A DNA stretch of 64,000 bases from an uncultured Planctomycetia bacterium (GCA_963706735.1 CAVPNQ010000071.1:3563-67562), one strand, 5' to 3'; counted from the first letter of the stretch, positions 39,729 to 49,537 are shown. Notes: generated by a model from the letters alone, not told the origin. Program-made: numbers and translations.

Positions 39729-41045
39729 CTAGAAGTCGATCTGGGCCCGGAACACGAACACGCTCTCGTTGTCGATCACCTGGCCGCTCGAGGTGAAGAA
39801 CTCGCGCGAATCCTTGTGGTCGTAACGGTAGTACACGTACATCACGGAAACGCGGACGTAATTGTTCGGGTAGTAGTTCAGCCCGAGCGCGACTTCCTGC
39901 GCGTTGCGGCTGCCACCCCAACCCGCGTACTCCTCGAACGTGTCGTCCATGTCGATCGACGAGTACCGGCCGACGATCTGGACGTCGCCGAAGCCGCCGT
40001 CGTGGAACAGCGCCTTCTTGACCTGAGGCCTCTTGTTGTTCGTCCTCGTGCTGCCGAGGAGCCAGAAGCCGACCTCACCCATGTAGGCCGAAACGCGGAA
40101 GGGCGTGTGGCTGCCGCCGAAGTTGTGCTTCGACTTCAGGTAAGAGAACTCGCCCTTCACGGACAGCGGACCGAAGACCCAGACCAGGTCGCAGCCGAAG
40201 CGCGTCCGGTCGTAGTCGGACTGGAACGTGTTCGGACCGTCGTGGAACCGCGTGCCACTGGCCGGGGCGATCATCTCGAACGGAGCGCCGCTGTCACGGC
40301 CCGCGACGCCGCGCGTGTAGCTGACCGCGAACGTCAGGTTCTTGATGACGTCCCCTTCCATCGTGGCGCCCGGCGTGACGGCGAGACGGATGGCGAGGTC
40401 CTTGTCGCTGTTGTTGTCAGATCCGGCGGTGCCGTTGCCGTTGTAAAGCCCGATCCAGTACTGGAAGATTCCCTTGCCGATGTTCCCGAACACCATTCCG
40501 CCCAGGTCGCGCGGCGGAGCGGTGAGGCTGACAAGGGAGTTCTCCGGCATGTCCATCCAGCGCACGTCTTCGAGCTGCTCCTGGGAGTACGGCACCTTCA
40601 TGAGACCGACGCGGATCTTGATTTCCTGCCACTTGTTGAACTCCACCCAGCCCATGAACAGGCTGGAGGCGCCGCCGAAGAACTGCGGGCGCACGTAGCC
40701 GGAGAACGCTTCCCACAGCCGGGCCTCGGCTTCGATGGCGACCTGCTTGATGCTGAAGCTATCGAAGCGATCATCCCCGTCGTTGAACGTCGCATTGTTC
40801 GTGTAGTGGAAGATCGCAAGCGCGCCGATACGGCCAGAGAAGGTGTTGTCGTTGGTCTTGAAGCGCAGGCCGTCATCGAAGTAAGCGCTGACGCCCGCCG
40901 CAGTTGTGGACGGGGCGCCCTCTTTCTTGACCTCCATCTTCCCTTCGAGGGCCTTGACGCGGTCCTCCAGGGTTGGAGATTGGGCCAGCGCGACCGACGA
41001 CGTAAAGAACACACCCAACACGGCGAGCGACACGAAACGTTTCAT
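39729..41045 (-). CDS. OprO/OprP-like phosphate-selective porin
   Basis: Signal peptide, short coiled coil, GLMKVPYSQE, PRDLG, LGLNYY, terminal F. Confidence 0.85.
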   Translation of the reverse strand: MKRFVSLAVLGVFFTSSVALAQSPTLEDRVKALEGKMEVKKEGAPSTTAAGVSAYFDDGLRFKTNDNTFSGRIGALAIFHYTNNATFNDGDDRFDSFSIKQVAIEAEARLWEAFSGYVRPQFFGGASSLFMGWVEFNKWQEIKIRVGLMKVPYSQEQLEDVRWMDMPENSLVSLTAPPRDLGGMVFGNIGKGIFQYWIGLYNGNGTAGSDNNSDKDLAIRLAVTPGATMEGDVIKNLTFAVSYTRGVAGRDSGAPFEMIAPASGTRFHDGPNTFQSDYDRTRFGCDLVWVFGPLSVKGEFSYLKSKHNFGGSHTPFRVSAYMGEVGFWLLGSTRTNNKRPQVKKALFHDGGFGDVQIVGRYSSIDMDDTFEEYAGWGGSRNAQEVALGLNYYPNNYVRVSVMYVYYRYDHKDSREFFTSSGQVIDNESVFVFRAQIDF

Positions 41046-41330
41046 GAGCCTTCCCCTAATGTTGACGATGGAAACATCGTCAAAGCCGATGGTGCCCTGT
41101 GGCATCCCCTAACCTCAGGCTAATAAGTTCTTAACACTCGTCAAGGATTCCGATTATCCGAAAGCAACCGGCCTCCCTGGACGCGGGGAACCCACGCAGT
41201 TCTCCGTTCCTTACCCTTCGGCGGAGGCCCTTGCCCAACTTAAGCCTAAATTGAGCGTAGCAGCGCACGAACTCCGGCTCGATGCGCCCTCCTGCAGGGC
41301 CTACCCGTCCGCCATCGTCTGCCCAAATGG

Positions 41331-41357
41331 AAAACGGCCGCCACGATGGGCGGCCGT
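41331..41357 (-). terminator. Intrinsic terminator
   Basis: ACGGCCGCC/GGCGGCCGT stem with T-run on minus strand. Confidence 0.6.
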
Positions 41358-41383
41358 GATGGACGTATCCCGTTATGCTGCGC

Positions 41384-42433
41384 CTACTTCGCGCTCTTCC
41401 ATGTCAGTTCGCGCGTCCACGCCGTGTGCTCCTTCCCATCCAGCTCGACGTGGCACTTGATGAACCAGTTCAGCTTCGGCCCGTCCTGCTTTGGCGCCAG
41501 GTCTATGTTGCGGCCAAGACTGAACGCCACCCGGTTCGAGTCGACGTGGTCGAAGTAGTAGTCCTTCTTCTCGGGCGACACATCCGCGTAGCTGATGTCG
41601 CTCCAGACCCAGCCGCGCCCAGGAAAGTACGTCCTGATCCAGCAGTGATAGCTGGGCTCCTTTTTCGGGTCGTCGAACTTCTCGACGCCGTCCAGGTCCG
41701 CCTTGAGCGCCGTCCCCATCACGAATTGCGTCGGAAGATCCACCACCCGCGCCATCGCCTGGAACAGCGCGTGGAAGTCCGTGCAGTTCCCGGTCTTCGA
41801 GTCCATGCAGTACGTCGCCGATCCCTTTCCCGAGGCCGCCCACTTCGACGGATCCTTCTTCCAGTACTCCGCGTTGTCGATGATGAAGTCGTAGAACTTC
41901 CGGGCCTGGACCTCCGGCGCCTCGACTCCCTTCGCCAGCTCCTTCGCCTTGTCGCGGATGCTGTCGGTCGTCTCACCATTCGGGAACTCCGCCAGCTTCG
42001 CGGCCAGCTGCGCCTTCTCCTCCGCGCTCAGCGCGCGTGCCTTCTCGGCCGGAGGCGCACTCTCCCAGCGCTCCACCGTGAACGTCACCGTCACTTCAAA
42101 GGTCGCAGCCTTCGGCTCCACGATCTCCACGTACAGGAACCGGTTCCCCTCCACCTTCTCGTTCTCGATCCGGTACCCGTCCGGCGCCGTGATCTTCAGG
42201 TCGGAGACCTTCTGAAGCGCTTCCTCCATCGGCAGCTCGAACCATGCCCGAACTTTCCTGGTGCCGGCCGGGATGTCCTTCACGACAAACGAGTCGCGCA
42301 CGACGGCCTTGAGAGGTGCGGCGGAAGGGCGGGCCTCGGCGAGGACGACTGGCGTTCCCTCGCCCGCGGGGGCGCGAAGGGTAAGCGCCAGGGCCAGGCT
42401 TGCAGGGAGGGCGATCAGGGCGAAACGGCGCAT
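41384..42433 (-). CDS. Secreted transglutaminase-like domain protein
   Basis: GNCTDFH, YHCW, WVWSD Cys-His-Asp triad. Confidence 0.9.
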   Translation of the reverse strand: MRRFALIALPASLALALTLRAPAGEGTPVVLAEARPSAAPLKAVVRDSFVVKDIPAGTRKVRAWFELPMEEALQKVSDLKITAPDGYRIENEKVEGNRFLYVEIVEPKAATFEVTVTFTVERWESAPPAEKARALSAEEKAQLAAKLAEFPNGETTDSIRDKAKELAKGVEAPEVQARKFYDFIIDNAEYWKKDPSKWAASGKGSATYCMDSKTGNCTDFHALFQAMARVVDLPTQFVMGTALKADLDGVEKFDDPKKEPSYHCWIRTYFPGRGWVWSDISYADVSPEKKDYYFDHVDSNRVAFSLGRNIDLAPKQDGPKLNWFIKCHVELDGKEHTAWTRELTWKSAK

Positions 42434-42537
42434 GTCAAAAACCTCCAAGGGTGTCAGGGGCGGCGTGAAACCCTAACAGCCGCCGGGTCTCCCCGGGGCA
42501 TCGGAAAAGTCGAATTCAACGTGCCATGCGGATAGGT

Positions 42538-42999
42538 CTACCGCCCCGGCTTTCCCCGCGCGGGAACTTCCGGCGCCACGTTCACATCCAGCCAGAACGT
42601 CGCGGTCGCCCTCAGATTCCGCGCGAATTCGTCGAAGTCGATCTCCTTCCGTACGTAGGCGTTCGCCCCGGCCTCGTAGCTCGCCACGACGTCCTTCTCC
42701 TCCACCGACGATGTCAGCACCACCGCGGGCACGTGGCGCGTCGCGGGGTCCTTCCGCAATGCCCTGATCACGTCGTTCCCGTGGCTCCGCGCCAGCTTCA
42801 GGTCCACCAGCACCAGCCCGGGAGTCAGCTTCCGGTCCCGCTCCTCCCACGCCCCCCTCGTATGCAGGAAGTCCATGGCCTCTTCCACGTCCTTGACGGC
42901 CACGCACAGGTGCGAGACGCCTTCCTTGCGAAGGGCCCGCTGGACGAGGTCCTGGTGGTCCGTGTTGTCCTCAACGAGCAGGATGATCTTGCCGAGCAC
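42538..42999 (-). CDS. Single-domain response regulator (Rcp1/CheY-like)
   Basis: ILLVEDN, LVLVDLKL, GANAYVRK; GGAGG RBS before GTG. Confidence 0.9.
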   Translation of the reverse strand: MLGKIILLVEDNTDHQDLVQRALRKEGVSHLCVAVKDVEEAMDFLHTRGAWEERDRKLTPGLVLVDLKLARSHGNDVIRALRKDPATRHVPAVVLTSSVEEKDVVASYEAGANAYVRKEIDFDEFARNLRATATFWLDVNVAPEVPARGKPGR

Positions 43000-44626
43000 T
43001 CGGTGCCTCCTCTGACAGGGTGAACCAGATGGTCGCGCCGTCTCCGGGCGAGCCTTCGGCCCGGATCCGGCCTCCGTGACGTTCCACGATTCTCCGGGCA
43101 GTGGCAAGTCCGATGCCATGGCCCGGGAAGCGCGGGTCGTCGTGAAGTCTGTGGAACGGGCGGAAGAGGCGGTCGCGGGCGGCTGCGGGATCGAATCCGG
43201 CGCCATTGTCGCGCACGAAGAACTCCCGGGCGGCACCGGTGCAGGTCGCGCCAACCTCGACGAGCGGGGAAGCGGTGGCGGAAGTAAATTTCCAGGCGTT
43301 TTCGAGAAGGTTGCGCAGGAGGACTCGCAGGAGCCTGGCGTCGCCGTGCGCAATCACACCGGGCTGGACGCGGAATTCGACCGCCGGGCCCGGCCGTGCG
43401 CGGCGGATCTGCTCGACGATTTCCAGTGCCATGTCACCGAGATCGACGGGAACAGGCTGCAGCTCGGCGCGCGAAAGCCGGGAGAGCTCCAGCAGGCTCT
43501 CGAGGATCTCTCCCATCTGTTTCGCCGACGACCGCACCCGCGCCAGGTGCGCCTTCGCAGCGTCGCCCCCTTCCTGCAGTGCCGCGGCCGCGAAGCCGTC
43601 GATGGTCTGAAGCGGCCCGCGGAGGTCATGCGAGATCGAGTAGCAGAACGCTTCGAGCTCCGCGTTCGCGGCGGACAGCTGGGCGGTTCGTTCGCGGACG
43701 CCGGACTCGAGCGTGCGGTTCAGCCGCGCGCGCGCATTCTCCGCGCGGCGCCGCTGGGCATCGAGCGCGGCAAGCCGGGTGGAGAGAAGCCAGGTGGCCA
43801 GCGACATTGCGGCAATGACCGCGACGACGACGAGCGCGAGCGCGAACTGCGCGCCGTACCAGCCGAGCCGCTGGCCGACCAGGATCGCCAATCCGCCCGC
43901 GGCCGGCACGCCGAGCGCGCCGGGAAGCATGCGCCGGGCGGCGAATCCGGCGACCCCCGAGTCCGCGAGGATTCGAAGCACACCGTGCCGGGCGTTGGCG
44001 AGGGTGGCTCCCGCAGCGAGCGCGAGGAATCCCGCCGCCGTGTGGACAGCCTGCTGAGTTGTGTGAAACGTGACCGGCGAATCCGCCGGGACGCGAAACA
44101 GGTTGCCGGTCAACGACAGCAGCGCGACAAGCCCGGCGGGAATCGCCATAACATCCGCCGCCCGTCTTGCCAGCCACGACTCCCGTCCGGCCAGCGGAAT
44201 CGCAATCCCGAGCAGGACAAAGTTCAGCGCCGTCGTCGGCGCCATCCGTCCAGGGTAATACGGCAGCCCCGCCGGCCCGCGGTCCCGCGCAAGCGCTTCA
44301 TCGATTCCCATGCTCCTGCCGGTCGCGAATTCCGCCAGCGTCACCAGCCCGATCAGCGCCGCCGTCCCCCCGAGAAGCGGCGAAAGTCTCCGCCCCCACG
44401 CCCCGCCGGTCGCCGCGACGACCATCGCCAGCCCCACCAGCAGCATCGCCGCCGCCGTGTTCGCCTTCATCGTCGCGGATCCCGGAAGCACGCTCTTCAG
44501 CGAATCAACACCCAGGATCCACCCCAGGAGCCCGATGCAGCCGATCAGCGTCGCAAATACTCCCATGGCCAGCGCCCATCGCCGGATCCGGGACTCCACC
44601 GCTCCATCCGTCAAGTCCGGCGCCAC
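42971..44626 (-). CDS. Membrane sensor histidine kinase (start approximate)
   Basis: 7 TMs, YSISHDLRGPL, NLLENAWKF, RDNGAGF, GIGL. Confidence 0.9.
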   Translation of the reverse strand: MAPDLTDGAVESRIRRWALAMGVFATLIGCIGLLGWILGVDSLKSVLPGSATMKANTAAAMLLVGLAMVVAATGGAWGRRLSPLLGGTAALIGLVTLAEFATGRSMGIDEALARDRGPAGLPYYPGRMAPTTALNFVLLGIAIPLAGRESWLARRAADVMAIPAGLVALLSLTGNLFRVPADSPVTFHTTQQAVHTAAGFLALAAGATLANARHGVLRILADSGVAGFAARRMLPGALGVPAAGGLAILVGQRLGWYGAQFALALVVVAVIAAMSLATWLLSTRLAALDAQRRRAENARARLNRTLESGVRERTAQLSAANAELEAFCYSISHDLRGPLQTIDGFAAAALQEGGDAAKAHLARVRSSAKQMGEILESLLELSRLSRAELQPVPVDLGDMALEIVEQIRRARPGPAVEFRVQPGVIAHGDARLLRVLLRNLLENAWKFTSATASPLVEVGATCTGAAREFFVRDNGAGFDPAAARDRLFRPFHRLHDDPRFPGHGIGLATARRIVERHGGRIRAEGSPGDGATIWFTLSEEAPSARQDHPAR

Positions 44627-44821
44627 ACGGCCCCCATTCCCCACCGCCGTCCCCGTCAACAAGTGCGCCCCCGCCGGCGGTGCCTGCGGGGGCGCTGAAG
44701 TGTAACGTCGTGTATCATCCGGGCGTACAACCCGCCTGCCCGGGGGATCCAACGTGGGGCCGTCAAATCCTGGGCAGGCGGGTGTACTCACCCCCCCCTC
44801 GGGGAAGAAGGGGGGTTCAAT

Positions 44822-46453
44822 TTACTTCGGTTCCGGCGCGGTCCCTTCCCAGTACGCCTTGTAACGGTCCCAGACGAACACGGCGAGCTTGCGACCGAGC
44901 TTGAGGCCGTCCTCGTTGTCCACGCGGATGTGGTAGCCGCCCAGCATGCGCGACTCCGCGGCCATCTCCGCGGTGCTCGAGAACGTGGGAAGCGGCAGAT
45001 CGACATCTCGCGTTGCGGCGATGTCCTTCGCAGGGACGCCCTCGACCGCCTGCATCTCGTACGTCGTGCAGTCGGCCTCGGTCAACTCGCCGGCCATGCG
45101 CTTCGCGACGAACTCGAAGCGATCGCTGCCGCTGAACAGCTCGAGGATCTTGGCGGAGGCGCCGCTGACGGTCGCGTGCCCGGAAGGGTAGCCCGGGAAC
45201 GGCGGCGTCACGAACGTGTCCGGCGAATACGGGTGCCACTCCTCGGCCGGAATGGTCTTGAACCCCTTGCACGGCCCGGCGTAGCCCTTCACCGTCTTGC
45301 CCTTGTAGAAGTAGCGCACGTACCAGTACGGGCGGGACGAATCGAAGCGGTACTTTTCTTCCCAGCACGCCACGAAGGCGTCGAAAGCGACGGCGGCGAT
45401 GGAGAAGAAGAGCTTCACGTCCTGGTCGAGGTTGTGCTTGTCACGGCGGGAGAGGTCCTGGGCGAAGCGGAGCCAGTGGCCCGACTGCCCGGTCGAGCGC
45501 GGGCCGTCACGCATGAATTCGACGATGGCTTTCTGGCGGAGGGAGAGGTTGGCGTTCGCCTCGATGCACTCGTCGACTTCCTTCTTCATCTGGTCGGAAT
45601 TCGCCTTCGGGGGGCCGGGCAGCCGGAACTGGTCCGAGCTGTCGAGGCCGATGGTCTTGACCTTGAACCAGTGCGGCGTGAGGCCCGGGGGGGTGATGCG
45701 CGGAGCCTTGGGGTCCTTCGGGTCGGCGAAGGAGATCTGCATCCAGTGATCGGGGTCCTGCTCCTCGCCCGGGGCCTTGACGGGCTTGTAACCCGTGTAG
45801 TCCGAGTAGGGCTTGCCGTTGGAGCCCTTCTCGTCGCCGAGCTGGTTGGCGCCGTCGCGGTGGCGGTACTCGATGATGGCGGCCGCGACCGTGTTGCCGA
45901 CGCCTTCCGGGGTGGAGACGTCCGTGGACTTGTTGGCCGGATCGATGCCCATCTTGGTCTTGGCGGTTTCCTGGATCCAGGCGACGTCCTCGGAGTAGAC
46001 GTCCTCGAGGCAGCGGAGAACGGCGTAGCCGATCGCCTTCTCCTTGTTCGCCTGCGTGCGCTCAGCGGCGGGCCTGCGGAGCTTGCCGCCGAGGCGCGTG
46101 CCGACGGCCTTTTCGTCGTAGCAGGCCCAGGCGTCGAACATGCCGGTGCAGGAAATCACCATTTCGCGCGAGATGATCGTGGGCTTGGCGCCGACCTTGT
46201 CCACCCGGCGCGCCGCGACCTCGAGGATGATCTCGAGCCAGCGGTAGGCGGCGGAAGGGTTCTCGGCCTTGGCCGCGTGCCAGGGCCACTTGGAAGTGTC
46301 AGCGTTGGTGTCCCAGCTGTACTTCACGCCGGAGGACGAGTCGCCGTTTCCGGAGTTCTTCTCGCCGCTGTCGGAGCAGCCTGCGAGGAAGGCGGTCCCG
46401 GCGGCCAGGACGGTGAGGAGACGCAGGGATGAGCGAAGGGTCATACTGAGCAC
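44822..46453 (-). CDS. Vanadium-dependent haloperoxidase/PAP2-family lipoprotein
   Basis: Lipobox LAGC; KY...SRP, PPFPGYPSGH, SRMLGGYH. Confidence 0.88.
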   Translation of the reverse strand: MLSMTLRSSLRLLTVLAAGTAFLAGCSDSGEKNSGNGDSSSGVKYSWDTNADTSKWPWHAAKAENPSAAYRWLEIILEVAARRVDKVGAKPTIISREMVISCTGMFDAWACYDEKAVGTRLGGKLRRPAAERTQANKEKAIGYAVLRCLEDVYSEDVAWIQETAKTKMGIDPANKSTDVSTPEGVGNTVAAAIIEYRHRDGANQLGDEKGSNGKPYSDYTGYKPVKAPGEEQDPDHWMQISFADPKDPKAPRITPPGLTPHWFKVKTIGLDSSDQFRLPGPPKANSDQMKKEVDECIEANANLSLRQKAIVEFMRDGPRSTGQSGHWLRFAQDLSRRDKHNLDQDVKLFFSIAAVAFDAFVACWEEKYRFDSSRPYWYVRYFYKGKTVKGYAGPCKGFKTIPAEEWHPYSPDTFVTPPFPGYPSGHATVSGASAKILELFSGSDRFEFVAKRMAGELTEADCTTYEMQAVEGVPAKDIAATRDVDLPLPTFSSTAEMAAESRMLGGYHIRVDNEDGLKLGRKLAVFVWDRYKAYWEGTAPEPK

Positions 46454-46716
46454 GGAGCCTCCTTGGTAAAAGACTATGGAGTTGATCGTTAAATCTATAG
46501 CTGCGCTTCAGGGAAAGGTAGCAAGCTCAAGTTTCGGGCACAAGCCATTCTTGCGCATCACTTTTTACCAAGATTTCAATAGGATTTGCCCGATCTTCGT
46601 TTCGAATTGGCTGTTCTGTCCGCGGGATTCCCCGAATGGGCGCAGAATCGCTCATCCGCTGCACCCCCCCCCCGGCCTCCCGTCCAGGATTCTTCACCAA
46701 TTCGGTCACTTTTCCA

Positions 46717-46744
46717 TTGACTTCCCGCGCCTCGCTACTAGCAT
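46717..46744 (+). promoter_or_regulatory. sigma70-type promoter upstream of SAM riboswitch
   Basis: TTGACT-N16-TAGCAT. Confidence 0.55.
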
Positions 46745-46763
46745 GGCGGCCTGACAACTCGGT

Positions 46764-46812
46764 CACGTGGGATTTGCGGCGTATTGCAGCCACGTTAAAA
46801 ACTGCTAAAAAG
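46764..46812 (+). ncRNA. SAM-II (SAM-alpha) type riboswitch
   Basis: CACGTGG GATTTG...TATTGCAG CCACGT TAAAAA CTGCTAAAAAG: P1 ACGUGG/CCACGU, GAUUUG loop, GCAG/CUGC pseudoknot, CUAAA tail match the SAM-II consensus. Confidence 0.8.
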
Positions 46813-46831
46813 CTCCCCGGGCTATCCCGGG

Positions 46832-46871
46832 AAAAACCGCTTCGCCGCGCATCGCGAAGCGGTTTTTTTTT
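46832..46871 (+). terminator. Intrinsic terminator (riboswitch expression platform)
   Basis: AAAAACCGCTTCGC/GCGAAGCGGTTTTT stem plus T9, 50 nt before ATG 46921. Confidence 0.8.
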
Positions 46872-46920
46872 CGATCCGTTCCCGCCGCACGGGACGGAGC
46901 CAGAGACAGGAGGACCCAGA

Positions 46921-47442
46921 ATGAGCAACGAATCCACCCTCGATCGCATCCGCCGGCGCTGGACCGCCTGGGTCGCCGCAGGCCGCTCGCGCGACGGCTT
47001 CTCCCGCGTCGTCGCCCGCGGCTTCGATGACGTCCTCGGCTTCTGCGGCGCCAAGTGCTGGGAACGTGTCAACGTCAAGGCGGGCGACGTGCTCTTCATC
47101 GATCGCGATCTCACCGTCCAGTGGTACCGCGACTCGATCCCCAACTTCGAAAGCCTCGTCGAATCCGTCGGCGCGCTCGGCATTCTCGCGGCCGACGGGC
47201 CGCTCCAGGCCACCGACGGTGACGAGACCTGGTCCTACACGCTCGCGCTGATCGCCGAGCGTTCTCTCGCATGGCTCGCGCAGGGCCAGCCCGCCCGCGC
47301 CGAACTGCTCGTCGCCCTCGCCCGCGTCAAGTCCGTCCTCCACAAGCACGACGAAGCCGCCGATCTCCACGCCGAGGCCCGCAAGGCCTGGGACAAGGGG
47401 GCGAAGGCGAAGCGCAAGGGAGCGAAACGCGCCGCGATCTAG
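46921..47442 (+). CDS. Hypothetical protein downstream of SAM-II riboswitch
   Basis: AGGAGG RBS, GC3-rich frame, 173 aa. Confidence 0.8.
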   Translation: MSNESTLDRIRRRWTAWVAAGRSRDGFSRVVARGFDDVLGFCGAKCWERVNVKAGDVLFIDRDLTVQWYRDSIPNFESLVESVGALGILAADGPLQATDGDETWSYTLALIAERSLAWLAQGQPARAELLVALARVKSVLHKHDEAADLHAEARKAWDKGAKAKRKGAKRAAI

Positions 47443-47581
47443 TGGTTCGACACGCTTGATTCCGACGGTTGCGTCCTTCGGACGCAATCCGCGGAATCAA
47501 AGCTGACTCACCACTCGCCGTCGCGGCCGTTCCCGTCTCCCGCTCGCGTTTCCCCATTTCGCTTCCCCAAGGAGGTCACCC

Positions 47582-47857
47582 ATGCCCGTCCTCGAAGTCA
47601 CCAACGAAACGTCCTGTTCCGCCTGCGGCGGTTCCCGCTGCGCGCACGACTCCGTTCTCGCCCGCCTCCTCGGTTGCGAAGAGGCCGGACTGTGCTTCGG
47701 CTGCCTGGCGTTCAGCTTCGGTCTCGAAGAAGAGCGTTTTGCAAATGGGGCTGTCGCGCACCTTCGCAAGAAGTCATGCCTGTGGTTATCCTTCGAGCGC
47801 GCGGCCGGCTGCGGCTGCAGGCTCGACCAGGCCCGGCATGGCGGAGTGAGCGCTTGA
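47582..47857 (+). CDS. Small Cys-rich protein (CxxC...C...CxxC), probable metal-binding
   Basis: AAGGAGG RBS; 9 Cys in 91 aa. Confidence 0.72.
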   Translation: MPVLEVTNETSCSACGGSRCAHDSVLARLLGCEEAGLCFGCLAFSFGLEEERFANGAVAHLRKKSCLWLSFERAAGCGCRLDQARHGGVSA

Positions 47858-47880
47858 AGCGACGCGACCGGAAGAGGGAG

Positions 47881-48039
47881 ATGCCGGATCTGCCCGAACC
47901 CGTCCCGGTGGAAAGCGGGGGGCCGCCCGGCTTCATTGCGCCGATGAACTGGACAGAGGATGAGATCTTCGAGGCGATGAAGGCGTTCGAGGACAGGGTC
48001 CGCCAGGAGCGAGGCTTACCGCCCGGCGATCCGGCGTAG
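47881..48039 (+). CDS. Small hypothetical protein
   Basis: GAGGGAG before ATG; 52 aa. Confidence 0.35.
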   Translation: MPDLPEPVPVESGGPPGFIAPMNWTEDEIFEAMKAFEDRVRQERGLPPGDPA

Positions 48040-48186
48040 TGGTCGTTTCCGGAGAATCGGCCCAGGGAAGGCTCGCGATAAATCGCGGCGAGATTCATAG
48101 GAAAAACCTATCGGACGCATTGCGCAATCTCCCCTAACATCCTCCCGTCCGGGGAAGGACTTTCACACTCACTTTCGGAGGGGAAG

Positions 48187-49485
48187 ATGAAGCAGCTTCG
48201 TACGCTCGCCGTTCTCGCAGCGCTCGCCATCAGCGCAGCCGCCCAGACGCCGACTGACCGTGACAAGGAAATCGACGACCTGAAGAAGCGGCTCGAAGCG
48301 CTCGAGAAGGAGAAGCCCGGCGCTTCCTCCGCGAGCAGCACTCCCACCTGGAAGGACCTCGTCTCCCTCGGCGGGCACCTCAAGTGGTACGGCTTCCTCA
48401 GGCTCGACAGCCACTACACGGATTCCGCCTTCGACAATGCGCGCTTCCCCACCTTCGTCCGCGCGGAGGAGACCATCCCGTTCCTCGCCGGGGTTTCCGC
48501 GCCGGAGCGCAACGACGACAACTTCGTCATGAGCGCGCGCCTGACGCGCCTCGGCTTCGACATCGACTCGGGCAAGATCGCCATGCTCGGCGACGCTTCC
48601 GCGTCCGGTAAGCTCGAAATCGACTTCTTCGCGCTTCCCAGCTCCGAGAGCCGCGCCGTGCCGCGGATGCGGCATGCGTACGGCAAGGTGGGTTGGGACT
48701 GGCTGTACCTTCTGTTCGGGCAGACGTCGGACATGGCGTCGCCGCTGAACCCGAGCCTGAACCCTGACAACGTGCTGTGGAACTGGGGCAACACGGGCGA
48801 CCGCCGCCCGCAGGTCCGGGTGGTCGCCGAACCCAAGGTCGGCGAGAAGCTCAAGTTCTACATCGGCGTGATGGCCGGGCAGGAAGGCGCCATCCGGAAC
48901 GTCGATGTTGACGGGCTTGGCGTGGTCGATGGCGACGACGCCGGCTGGCCGAAACTCGAGGGCCGCCTGGCGATCAGCGTCCAGCACTGGGTCGAAAAGA
49001 AGTGGATCACGCTGGGGCTGTCAGGCATGACGGGCGAGGAGCAGGTTGACGGTGGCGGCGTTGGCGGCCGGCACTTCTTCCGCACCGACATGTGGGCGGT
49101 GGACTTCGAGTTCCCCATCCTCGAGCAGCTTTCGTTCAGGATGGAGTACTGGCGCGGCCGGAACCTCGCGGACATCCGCGGCGGTATCGGGCAGGGCCTT
49201 CTGGCGAGCGGCAGCGATCTCCGCGCGAGCGGAGGCTGGGCGGAGCTGAAGGTGGCGCCGGTGAAGTGGTACGCGGCGACGCTGGGGTACTCGCGCGACA
49301 ACCCGCACGAGAAGAACCTGCCGTTCGGGGCCCGTTCGGAAAACACGGTGTACTACCTCATGAACACGTTCACGTTCGACCCGTTCCTGGTGTCGGTGGA
49401 CATCTCCCACTGGCGCACGGAGTTCGTCGGGCTCAACGCCGGGCGCGCGTGGCGGTACACGCTCACCCTGCAGCTGTCGTTTTAG
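48187..49485 (+). CDS. Outer-membrane porin (DcaP-like)
   Basis: Signal peptide, coiled coil, YGFLRLD, TRLG, PRMRHAY, GQT, RRPQVR, terminal F. Confidence 0.85.
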   Translation: MKQLRTLAVLAALAISAAAQTPTDRDKEIDDLKKRLEALEKEKPGASSASSTPTWKDLVSLGGHLKWYGFLRLDSHYTDSAFDNARFPTFVRAEETIPFLAGVSAPERNDDNFVMSARLTRLGFDIDSGKIAMLGDASASGKLEIDFFALPSSESRAVPRMRHAYGKVGWDWLYLLFGQTSDMASPLNPSLNPDNVLWNWGNTGDRRPQVRVVAEPKVGEKLKFYIGVMAGQEGAIRNVDVDGLGVVDGDDAGWPKLEGRLAISVQHWVEKKWITLGLSGMTGEEQVDGGGVGGRHFFRTDMWAVDFEFPILEQLSFRMEYWRGRNLADIRGGIGQGLLASGSDLRASGGWAELKVAPVKWYAATLGYSRDNPHEKNLPFGARSENTVYYLMNTFTFDPFLVSVDISHWRTEFVGLNAGRAWRYTLTLQLSF

Positions 49486-49537
49486 GCCGGACCGCCTCAT
49501 GTTTCGCCCGGGTCGAGTCCCCTCTCGGTCCGGCCTA

